Shown here: piece after piece, positions 19,492 through 28,136 of the stretch | Position numbering within the stretch: the first letter of the stretch is position 1 | Layout: every line of letters begins with the position of its first letter | DNA from: Chthoniobacteraceae bacterium | GTDB taxonomy: Bacteria; Verrucomicrobiota; Verrucomicrobiia; Chthoniobacterales; Chthoniobacteraceae | DNA length: 29,063 nucleotides | Assembly: GCA_040081625.1 (NCBI GenBank) | Contig: JBEBGD010000069.1 | Span: 1-29,063, forward strand | Reading direction: 5' to 3' | The notes under the pieces: generated by a model | Database searches by the model: none | What the model saw: only the letters and a program-made list of their open reading frames with translations | Told to the model about the DNA's origin: nothing | Translations under genes and position numbers: made by a program

Positions 19492-22403
19492 ACGTCCGCA
19501 TTATCGCTCTCACAATCTTCATCGCCACGCGGCTGCACGCGGTGGACTTCGTGCGCGACGTGCGGCCGATCCTTGCGGAGCGATGCTTCGAGTGTCACGG
19601 CGAGAAGAAGCAGAAGGCGAATCTGCGGCTCGACCGGAAGGCGGACGCGCTCAAGGGAAGCGACGATGGGCCGGTCATCGTCTCGGGAAAGAGCGCGGAG
19701 AGTGCGCTGATCGAGCGCGTGCTCAGCCACGACGAGGGCGAGCGGATGCCGCCGAAAGGCGAGCGTCTCACGGCGGCACAGATCGCGACGCTGAGGACGT
19801 GGATCGACGCGGGCGCGCCGTGGCCGGACGAGCGCGATACGCGGCTCGATCATTGGGCGTGGCAGCCGGTGAAGCGGCCCGCGGGAGATTCGATCGACGC
19901 CTTCATCGTCGCAAAGCTCGCGCAGGCCGGGCTCGCGATGTCGCCCGAGGCTGATCGCCGAACGCTCATCCGGCGGTTGAGCTTCGATCTGCTCGGATTG
20001 CCGCCGACCCCGGAGCGCGTGGAGCGTTTCGTGAACGACCCGGACCCGCGCGCTTATGAAAAGCTCGTCGATGAGATGCTCGCGTCGCCGCACTACGGCG
20101 AGCGGTGGGCGCGGCACTGGCTCGACATCGCGCACTACGCGGACACGCACGGCTTCGAGCGCGACAAGCTCCGGCCGAACGCGTGGCGCTATCGCGACTA
20201 CGTGATCCGCGCGCTGAACGCCGACAAGCCCTACGACCGGTTCCTGCGCGAGCAGATCGCGGGCGACGCGCTGAGGCCAGACGATCCCGAGGCGGTGATC
20301 GCGACCGGCTTCCTCGCGGCGGGGCCGTGGGATTTTGTCGGGCAGGCGGAGACGAAGAGCGATGTGCTGAAGCGTGCCGCGCGTGCGGACGATCTCGACG
20401 ACATGGTCACGCAGGTGATGACCGCGGCGTGCGGAGTGACGATCAACTGCGCGCGTTGCCACGATCACAAACTCGATCCGATCACGCAGCGCGAATACTA
20501 CGCGCTGTGGGCGGTCTTCGCGGGCGTGAAGCGCGACGATCGCGACGTGAACGCAGCTGCGGCTGCGCGGCGTGAAGAGGCGGGCAAGAAGTTGCAGGCG
20601 CGGCTTCGTGAAGTGCGCGGTGAACTCGGGCGGCTCACGGGGGAAGGATTGGATCTCGCGGACATGATCGGCGGGGGTGACGGCCGGGGCAGCGGCACGA
20701 AGGGCGCGGGACTGCACATCCGCACGGGCAACGTGACGACGGAGCGACTCGGCTACCACCGCGACATCATGGTCAACCGCCTGCAGGCCGTGCAATGGAG
20801 CGATCCGCAGGCGCCGAAGTTCGTGCAGTGGCTTTTCGTGCCGGACGGAACATCGGCGGCCCGGGTCGCCTACAATGTCGAGACAGACAAACTCCCGGCC
20901 ACGTCCGGGCACGCGTGGGATGTGGTGCGAAACGGACCGCTCAATGCGCAGGTCAACACGAAGATCGATGGTGTGGACTATGCCGGCGACCGGCATTCGA
21001 TCCTCGGCCTGCACGCGAATGGAGGCGTGACGTTCGCGCTCGCGGAAGTGCGGAAGGCGACTGGCTTCACGAAGATGCGGTTCACGGCGATGGTCGGCTT
21101 CGGCGCGAAGCCGGAGGTCGCGGCGAGCCGGGCGGACTTCAGCGTGTTCGTCGATGGCGAGTTGAAGTTTCAGCGGCTGAAGATGCGCAAGGATGAGTCG
21201 GCGCGCGTGGACGTTGAGATCCCGGCGAATGCGAAGTGGCTCGCGCTGGTGGCGACCGATGGCGGGGACGGAATCGGAAGCGACCTGCTTTTCCTCGGCG
21301 ATGCGCGGCTCTTGCCGGAATCCGGGGCGCACTCGCCGAAGCCGGTGGATCGCGAGCGGATCGCGGCGTTGCGCGCGGAGGAGACGAAGCTCACCGCTTC
21401 GCTCGCCGCGAGTGCGAACGATGAGAAGGTGTATGCGGTGACGACTTCCGCGCCGCCGGAGATTAAGGTGCTGCGCCGCGGCGATCCCGAGACGCCGACC
21501 GACGGCGTCGGGCCCGGCGTGTTCCGGCTGGCGGGCTTACGCAACGAGTTTGCGGGCGATGACGCGCAGCGACGCATCGCGCTCGCCGACTGGATCACCG
21601 ACCGCGCGAATCCGCTGACGCGGCGCGTGCTGGTGAACCGGCTCTGGCATTACCACTTCGGCACCGGCATCGTGGACACGCCGAGCGACTTCGGGCTCGG
21701 CGGCGGGATGCCGTCGCACCCCGAACTGCTCGACTGGCTGGCGGAGGAGTTCGCCGCGAGCGGATGGTCGCTCAAGTCGATGCACCGGCTGATTTGCACG
21801 AGCGCGGCGTATCGGCAGGTATCGCAATCGCACGCCGATGGGCTGCGTATCGACTCGGGAGGTCGTCTGCTCTGGCGCATGAATCCGCGCCGGCTCGATG
21901 CCGAGTCGCTGCGCGATGCGATGCTGGCGGTGAGCGGGAAATTGAACCCGCAGATGTTCGGTCCGGGGTATCGCGACTTCGACTACGAGGAGGCTTACGC
22001 GCCGATCTATCGCTACATCACGCCTGACTCGCCGGAGCTGTGGCGGCGCAGCGTGTATCGGTTCGTGGTGAGGACGACGACGCATCAGTTCATGACGACG
22101 CTCGATTGCCCCAACCCGGCGAACCTCACGCCCGCGCGCAACGTGACGACGACCGCGCTGCAATCGCTCGCGCTGATGAACAACGAGTTTGTGATCAAGC
22201 AGGCGGGTTACTTCGCGGAGCGCGTCGAGCGCGACGCTGGCGCGAAGACCGAGGCACAGGTCGCGCGCGCGTTCCATCTCGCTTTCTCCCGCTCGCCGTC
22301 GCCGGACGAGTTGAGCGCCGCCGGGCAGTTGGTTCGCAGCGAAAGTCTTTCCTCCCTTTGCCGAATGCTGCTCAATGCCAATGAATTCATTTATGTGGAC
22401 TAA
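19488..22403 (+). CDS. Planctomycete cytochrome c + DUF1549 + DUF1553 protein #3 with an NPCBM/NEW2-like domain
   Basis: Signal peptide; [23 protein letters not shown]-like segment LGLHANGGVTF.L...RFTAMVG...FSVFVDGE...VDVEIP.....LALVATDGGDGIGSD...[14 protein letters not shown]. Confidence 0.9.
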   Translation: MNVRIIALTIFIATRLHAVDFVRDVRPILAERCFECHGEKKQKANLRLDRKADALKGSDDGPVIVSGKSAESALIERVLSHDEGERMPPKGERLTAAQIATLRTWIDAGAPWPDERDTRLDHWAWQPVKRPAGDSIDAFIVAKLAQAGLAMSPEADRRTLIRRLSFDLLGLPPTPERVERFVNDPDPRAYEKLVDEMLASPHYGERWARHWLDIAHYADTHGFERDKLRPNAWRYRDYVIRALNADKPYDRFLREQIAGDALRPDDPEAVIATGFLAAGPWDFVGQAETKSDVLKRAARADDLDDMVTQVMTAACGVTINCARCHDHKLDPITQREYYALWAVFAGVKRDDRDVNAAAAARREEAGKKLQARLREVRGELGRLTGEGLDLADMIGGGDGRGSGTKGAGLHIRTGNVTTERLGYHRDIMVNRLQAVQWSDPQAPKFVQWLFVPDGTSAARVAYNVETDKLPATSGHAWDVVRNGPLNAQVNTKIDGVDYAGDRHSILGLHANGGVTFALAEVRKATGFTKMRFTAMVGFGAKPEVAASRADFSVFVDGELKFQRLKMRKDESARVDVEIPANAKWLALVATDGGDGIGSDLLFLGDARLLPESGAHSPKPVDRERIAALRAEETKLTASLAASANDEKVYAVTTSAPPEIKVLRRGDPETPTDGVGPGVFRLAGLRNEFAGDDAQRRIALADWITDRANPLTRRVLVNRLWHYHFGTGIVDTPSDFGLGGGMPSHPELLDWLAEEFAASGWSLKSMHRLICTSAAYRQVSQSHADGLRIDSGGRLLWRMNPRRLDAESLRDAMLAVSGKLNPQMFGPGYRDFDYEEAYAPIYRYITPDSPELWRRSVYRFVVRTTTHQFMTTLDCPNPANLTPARNVTTTALQSLALMNNEFVIKQAGYFAERVERDAGAKTEAQVARAFHLAFSRSPSPDELSAAGQLVRSESLSSLCRMLLNANEFIYVD

Positions 22404-23910
22404 ACTCACCCTCCTGTTCCTCGCCCTCGCGAGCCTCGCGCACGCGGTCGAATCCAAGCCGAACATCGTCGTCATGCTTGTGGACGACATGGGTGTGATG
22501 GACACGTCGCTGCCTTTCCTCACCGACGAATCGGGGAAGCCGAAGCGTTATCCGCTCAATGATTACTACCGCACGCCGAACATGGAGCGGCTCGCGGCGC
22601 GCGGGATTCGCTTCAACAATTTCCACGCGATGAGCGTGTGCTCGCCGACGCGCATCGCCATCCTGACGGGGCAGAACGCGGCGCGGCATCACACGACGAA
22701 CTGGATCAATCCCGACAACAACAACGCGGGCCCGAACGGTCCGCCGCAGTGGAACTGGCATGGGCTGAAGAAGGGCGACGTGACCTTGCCGAGGCTGATG
22801 CAGGCAAATGGCTACCGCACCATTCACGTCGGCAAGGGACACTTCGGGCCGCGAGAGTTTGAGGGCGCGAATCCGGCGAATCTCGGCTTCGACATCAATG
22901 TCGCCGGGGCCTCGATCGGCGCGCCCGCGAGCTATTACGGAACGGAGAACTTCGCCGGGAAGGGCAACCGCTCGAAGGCGTCGGTGCAGGGGCTGGAGAA
23001 GTATCACGGGCAGGACATCTTTCTCACCGAGGCGCTCACGCTCGAGGCGAATGCGCACGTCGCCGACGCAGTGAAAGCGGACAAACCCTTCTTCCTCTAC
23101 TTCCCGCACTACGCCGTTCACTCGCCGTTCAATTCCGACCCTCGTTTCGCTGCGAACTACAAGGACTCCGGCAAACCCGCGCCGGCACAGGCTTTCGCGA
23201 CGCTCATCGAGGGAATGGACAAGTCGCTCGGCGACGTGCTCGACCATCTCGACAAGCTCGGCGTCGCGGAGAACACGCTCATCGTTTTTCTCGGCGACAA
23301 CGGCTCCGACGCGCCGCTCGGCCACCAGCATGAAGTGGCGTGCGCCGCGCCGCTGCGCGGGAAAAAGGGCTCGCACTATGAAGGTGGAACGCGTGTGCCA
23401 TTCATCGCCGCGTGGGCGAAGGGGAGCGCGGGCAATGCATTTCAGAAGCGGCTTCCGATTCCCGCGGGCGTCATTCAGAGCCAGCAGGCGGCGGTGTATG
23501 ACTTGTTCCCGACGATCACCGCGCTCACCGGAACCGCAGCGCCGGCGAACCACGCGGTCGATGGCGTGCGACTCGACACGCTGCTCGCGGGCAAGCGCGA
23601 CGCGAGCCGCAAGGAGCAATTCCTCATGCACTACCCGCACGCGCCGCATCGCACGGATCACTTCACCGTGTGGCGCGATGGCGACTGGAAGGTGATCTAT
23701 CACTACTTCCCGACCGCGGTGTCCGACGGCTCGCACTACCAGCTCTTCAATCTCGCGAATGATCCCTTCGAGCAGAAGAATGTCGCGTCCACCAAGCCGA
23801 AGGAACTGCGGCGCATGATGCAGGGCCTCGTCGCCGCGATGGAGAAGCAGAACGCGCTTTACCCCGTGGAGAAGGATGGGACGACGCCGGTGAAGCCATT
23901 GCTGCCTTGA
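22393..23910 (+). CDS. Secreted formylglycine-dependent (S1 family, Cys-type) sulfatase, 505 aa
   Basis: Signal MWTKLTLLFLALASLAHA from ATG 22393. Motifs KPNIVVMLVDDMG, CSPTRIAILTG (CxPxR), GYRT.HVGK.H, GDNG and GKKGSHYEGGTRVP. Confidence 0.92.
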   Translation: MWTKLTLLFLALASLAHAVESKPNIVVMLVDDMGVMDTSLPFLTDESGKPKRYPLNDYYRTPNMERLAARGIRFNNFHAMSVCSPTRIAILTGQNAARHHTTNWINPDNNNAGPNGPPQWNWHGLKKGDVTLPRLMQANGYRTIHVGKGHFGPREFEGANPANLGFDINVAGASIGAPASYYGTENFAGKGNRSKASVQGLEKYHGQDIFLTEALTLEANAHVADAVKADKPFFLYFPHYAVHSPFNSDPRFAANYKDSGKPAPAQAFATLIEGMDKSLGDVLDHLDKLGVAENTLIVFLGDNGSDAPLGHQHEVACAAPLRGKKGSHYEGGTRVPFIAAWAKGSAGNAFQKRLPIPAGVIQSQQAAVYDLFPTITALTGTAAPANHAVDGVRLDTLLAGKRDASRKEQFLMHYPHAPHRTDHFTVWRDGDWKVIYHYFPTAVSDGSHYQLFNLANDPFEQKNVASTKPKELRRMMQGLVAAMEKQNALYPVEKDGTTPVKPLLP

Positions 23911-23913
23911 TCG

Positions 23914-26610
23914 ATGGCCGCCGACAAAACACCCGCCAGCGCGCGCTTTGTTGTCGCCGCCCTATTCGTGGCTACCGCCGCGATGGCGGAGTTTCCGGCG
24001 CCGTTTAACACCGAGAAAACTCCCGGCGGCCCGATGCACGCGGAGGAAGCGGCGCGCACGATGGAGCTGCCGCCGGGGTTTAAGTGCCAGGTCTTCGCCG
24101 CGGAGCCGGATGTGCAGCAGCCGATCGCGATGGCGTGGGATGGGCGCGGACGGTTGTGGGTCGCGGAGTGCTACACGTATGCGGATAATCCCGCGCGCTG
24201 GAATACGGAGCTGCGCGATCGCATCCTGATCTTCGAGGACGCGGACAACGACGGGCGCTTCGAAAAGCGGACGGTGTTTTGGGATCGAGGCGTGCGGCTT
24301 ACGAGCATCGAGATCGGAAAGGGCGGCGTGTATGCGCTGTGCGCGCCGGAGATGATCTTCATCCCGGACGCGAACGGCGACGACGTGCCGGACGGCGAAC
24401 CGCGCGTGCTGCTCGATGGATTCAACTTCAAGACGATCGGCCACAACATCGTGAACGGCCTGCGCTGGGGGCCGGACGGCTGGCTCTATGGACGCCACGG
24501 GATCACCGACACGAGCGCGATCGGTGCGCCGGGCACACCGGACGCGGAGCGCACGCGGATGAACTGCGGCATCTTCCGCTGGCATCCGGTGAAGCACACG
24601 TTCGAGGTCGTCTGCCAGGGCGGGACGAATTCGTGGGGGATGGATTGGGACGCGCGCGGCGAATTGTTTTGGACGAACACGGTCATCGGTCACCTGTGGC
24701 ACGGCATTCCCGGCGCCTACTACCGGCGCATGTTCGGCGCGCACCTGAACCCGCACGTTTATGAGGTGATCGAGCAGACGGCGGATCACTTTCACTTCGA
24801 CACCGGCGCGGAGAAGTGGAGCGACCTGCGCGACAAGCCGATGTCGTCGAAGACGGACACGATGGGCGGAGGACACGCGCACGTCGGCTGCGTGATCTAT
24901 CAAGGCGGCGCGTGGCCGGCGGAATACGATGGTCGGCTGTTCACGGCCAACCTGCACGGGAATCGCATCAACACCGACATCCTCGTGCGCGAAGGCTGCG
25001 GCTACGTCGCGAAGCACGGCGCGGACTTCATGCGCGCGAAGGACAAATGGTTTCGCGGCCTCGACCTCAGCACCGGGCCGGATGGCAGCATGTTCGTGAT
25101 CGACTGGAGCGACGCGGGCGAGTGTCACGACAACGACGGCGTGCATCGGACGAGCGGACGCATCTACAAGATCAGCTACGACGGGCCGGGGAAGAGGAAG
25201 GCCAAGTGGCAGCGGTTCGCCGGTCGCGCGCCGGTCGAACCGATGCCGCCAAAGCTCGAAGACGCGTCTTCGCCCGACGGACTCGTCCGGTTGCACGTCG
25301 CGAGTGGGATGCCGCGGCTGCCGCTCGCGGAACGCTTCGCTTTCGCCACCGCGCTCGCCGCGCACGCGGAGGACGCAGACGACCGCCAGCAGCCGCTGAT
25401 GATCTGGTATGGCATCGAACCCGCCGTCGTCGCGCATTCGGACAAAGCGATTGCGCTCGCTGTCGCGTCGAAGATTCCCACGGTGCGTCGCCTCATCGCG
25501 CGGCGGCTCACCGAGGAGATCGAAAAATCGCCGGCGCCCGTCGATGCGCTGCTGGTCGCGGCGCTCGGTCGTGCTGACGCGCGCGGGGATATTCTGCGCG
25601 GGATGAGCGAGGCGCTGCGCGGTTTCAGCCAGGCGCCGAAGCCGGGGCGCTGGGATGAATTCGCGAAGGCACCGGGCTTGCCGGCGGAACTCGTGCGCGA
25701 TGTGTCGCTCGTATTTGGAAGCGGTCGCGCGATGGATGAATTGATCGCGCTCATCAAGGAAACCGAAGGCGACGCGAGCGCGCGGCGCAGCGCTTTCGAT
25801 TCGCTGCTGCGGAATCCGAAGCCGGAACACTTTGCGATCGTGCGCGGGATGATCAACGACAAGGTGCTCGGCACCGCCGCGCGGCTCGGGTGCGCGAAGT
25901 TTGCGGACGCGGATGTGCCGAAGGCGCTGCTCGTGAACTGGCCCGACCGCAGCCAGGAATGGCGGGCGGCGAACGTCAGCACGCTCTCGTCGCGCGCCGC
26001 GTGGGCGAAGCAACTGCTCGACTTCGTGGCGAAACATCCGGCGGCGCGCGGAGACATCACGCCGTTCCAGGCGCGGCAGATTCGCAGCCTCGGCGACGAT
26101 GCCTTGAGCCAGCAGCTCACGAAGACCTGGGGCGAGCTGCGCGAGACGCCGGAAGCGAAGAAGCAGGAGCTGGCGAAATGGCAGGGGCTGCTCACGCCCG
26201 CGGCGCTGGCGAAGGCTGACGTGGCGAAGGGCAAGCTGCTTTATGCCGGCGCCTGCGCCGCCTGCCACAAGCTCTACGGCGAAGGAGGCGCCATCGCTCC
26301 TGATCTCACCGGCAGCGACCGGCGCAACGTGAGCTACCTGCTCGAAAACATCATCGACCCGAACGCGGTCGTTCCCGCTGACTACCGCGTGAGCGTCATC
26401 ACGCTCAAGGACGGGCGGCTGCTCACCGGCGTGATTCCGGAGCAGAGCGACAAGGTCATCACCGTGCAGACGCCGACCGAGCGGGTGACGATCCAGCGCG
26501 CCGACATCGCGAAGAGCGAGCAGCTTCCGCAGAGCCTCATGCCCGAGGGGATGTTCGCCGCGCTCGGCGAGGAGAACGTTCGCGACCTCGTCGCCTACTT
26601 GATGCGATGA
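23914..26610 (+). CDS. PVC-type heme-binding CxxCH protein (beta-propeller 'membrane-bound dehydrogenase' domain, HEAT-like region, cytochrome c)
   Basis: Motifs LPPGF...VFAAEPDVQQPIAMAWD.RGRLWVAE, NGLRWGPDGWLYG, GPDG.MFVIDW, CAACHKLYGEGG.IAPDLTG and SLMPEG. Confidence 0.9.
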   Translation: MAADKTPASARFVVAALFVATAAMAEFPAPFNTEKTPGGPMHAEEAARTMELPPGFKCQVFAAEPDVQQPIAMAWDGRGRLWVAECYTYADNPARWNTELRDRILIFEDADNDGRFEKRTVFWDRGVRLTSIEIGKGGVYALCAPEMIFIPDANGDDVPDGEPRVLLDGFNFKTIGHNIVNGLRWGPDGWLYGRHGITDTSAIGAPGTPDAERTRMNCGIFRWHPVKHTFEVVCQGGTNSWGMDWDARGELFWTNTVIGHLWHGIPGAYYRRMFGAHLNPHVYEVIEQTADHFHFDTGAEKWSDLRDKPMSSKTDTMGGGHAHVGCVIYQGGAWPAEYDGRLFTANLHGNRINTDILVREGCGYVAKHGADFMRAKDKWFRGLDLSTGPDGSMFVIDWSDAGECHDNDGVHRTSGRIYKISYDGPGKRKAKWQRFAGRAPVEPMPPKLEDASSPDGLVRLHVASGMPRLPLAERFAFATALAAHAEDADDRQQPLMIWYGIEPAVVAHSDKAIALAVASKIPTVRRLIARRLTEEIEKSPAPVDALLVAALGRADARGDILRGMSEALRGFSQAPKPGRWDEFAKAPGLPAELVRDVSLVFGSGRAMDELIALIKETEGDASARRSAFDSLLRNPKPEHFAIVRGMINDKVLGTAARLGCAKFADADVPKALLVNWPDRSQEWRAANVSTLSSRAAWAKQLLDFVAKHPAARGDITPFQARQIRSLGDDALSQQLTKTWGELRETPEAKKQELAKWQGLLTPAALAKADVAKGKLLYAGACAACHKLYGEGGAIAPDLTGSDRRNVSYLLENIIDPNAVVPADYRVSVITLKDGRLLTGVIPEQSDKVITVQTPTERVTIQRADIAKSEQLPQSLMPEGMFAALGEENVRDLVAYLMR

Positions 26611-28025
26611 AACGAATCCCGCTCACGCGCCGCGAGTTTCTCCAGCACGCCGGCGGCGGGCTCGGCGGTGTCGCACTCGCGGCGATGCTGAACGACGCGC
26701 GCGCAGCGACTCATCCGCTCGCGCCGCGTGCGCCGCACTTTGCGCCGAAGGCGAAGGCGGTGATCCAGATTTTCTGCCCGGGCGGGCTGAGTCACGTCGA
26801 TTCGTGGGACTACAAGCCGGAGCTGGCGCGGCGCGCGGGGCAGCCGTTCGATCCCGATGGGAAGCTGACCTTCTTCGCGTCGAAGCCGGGCAATTGTCAG
26901 CCGAGCTACTGGCCGTTCCGGCAGCACGGGCAGTGCGGGAAATGGATGAGCGATCTTTTCCCGCAGCTCGCGCAGCGCGTGGACGACATCGCCTTCATCC
27001 ACTCGATGCAGAGCAAGACGGCGCTGCATGGGCCGGCGATGTTCATGGCGAATAGCGGCTTCATCCGGCCGGGATTTCCGAGCATGGGCGCGTGGGTCAC
27101 GTATGGACTCGGAAGCGAGAGCGAGAATCTGCCGGCGTTCGTCGTGCTGCCCGATCCGCGCGGGTTGCCGCCGGGCGGCGTGGTGAATTGGGGCGCGGGA
27201 TTTCTGCCGGCGGTGCATCAGGCCACGGTCATCGAGACCGCCGGGGGCAAGGATCCGATCGCCGATCTTTTCCCGCCGAATGATCAACAGGTCGGCGATG
27301 CGAGCCGCGAGTTTTTGCGCCAGCTCAACTCCGTGCACGCACGCGAGCGGGCAGGGGACACGATGCTCGAAGCCCGCATCGCTGCCTACGAACTCGCCGC
27401 GCGCCTCCAGCTCAGCGCGCCGGAAGTCACCGACATCGCGCGCGAGACTGGCGCGACGCGCCAGCTCTACGCGCTTGAGCACGAAGACATCGGCCCTTTC
27501 GGCCGGCAGTGCCTGCTCGCGCGGCGGCTCGTCGAGCGCGGCGTGCGCTTCGTGCAGATTTATTGCGGCGCGGAGAACACGACCGCGAAAAAGATCCGGC
27601 CGAATTGGGACAGCCACGAAGACCTCGTGCGCGACCATGGTTATTGGGGACCGATCCTCGACCGTGGCGCGAACGCGCTGCTCGGCGATCTCCAGCAGCG
27701 CGGCCTGCTCGATTCGACGCTCGTCATTTGCACGAGCGAGTTCGGCCGCCAGCCCGCGTCGCAAGGCGGCAAGGGCCGCGACCACAATCCCGGCGCGTTC
27801 ACCGCGTGGCTCGCGGGCGGCGGAATCAAAGGCGGCGTGAGCTACGGCACGAGCGACGAGCTTGGATTCCAGGCCGCCGAAAAGCCGAGCTACAGCTACG
27901 ACCTGCACGCCACCGCGCTGCACTTGCTCGGCCTCGATCACGAGAAGCTGAGCTTTTACCACAACGGCATCCAGCGCCGGCTCACCGACGTGCATGGACA
28001 CGTAATCGAGCCGTTGGTGGGTTGA
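26607..28025 (+). CDS. DUF1501 protein #3 (Tat signal)
   Basis: Motifs [49 protein letters not shown] and RLTDVHG; ATGA overlap with the upstream gene. Confidence 0.9.
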   Translation: MKRIPLTRREFLQHAGGGLGGVALAAMLNDARAATHPLAPRAPHFAPKAKAVIQIFCPGGLSHVDSWDYKPELARRAGQPFDPDGKLTFFASKPGNCQPSYWPFRQHGQCGKWMSDLFPQLAQRVDDIAFIHSMQSKTALHGPAMFMANSGFIRPGFPSMGAWVTYGLGSESENLPAFVVLPDPRGLPPGGVVNWGAGFLPAVHQATVIETAGGKDPIADLFPPNDQQVGDASREFLRQLNSVHARERAGDTMLEARIAAYELAARLQLSAPEVTDIARETGATRQLYALEHEDIGPFGRQCLLARRLVERGVRFVQIYCGAENTTAKKIRPNWDSHEDLVRDHGYWGPILDRGANALLGDLQQRGLLDSTLVICTSEFGRQPASQGGKGRDHNPGAFTAWLAGGGIKGGVSYGTSDELGFQAAEKPSYSYDLHATALHLLGLDHEKLSFYHNGIQRRLTDVHGHVIEPLVG

Positions 28026-28136
28026 CCGGCCAGTCGTTGAATTCGGATCTCCGCGCGCTCTGTGTCGTTGTGGTTTTAATTGTGCCGTTCCGGCTAAGAG
28101 AAGTGATGCCGGGCCGCTCCTAAATGCAAAATCGCC

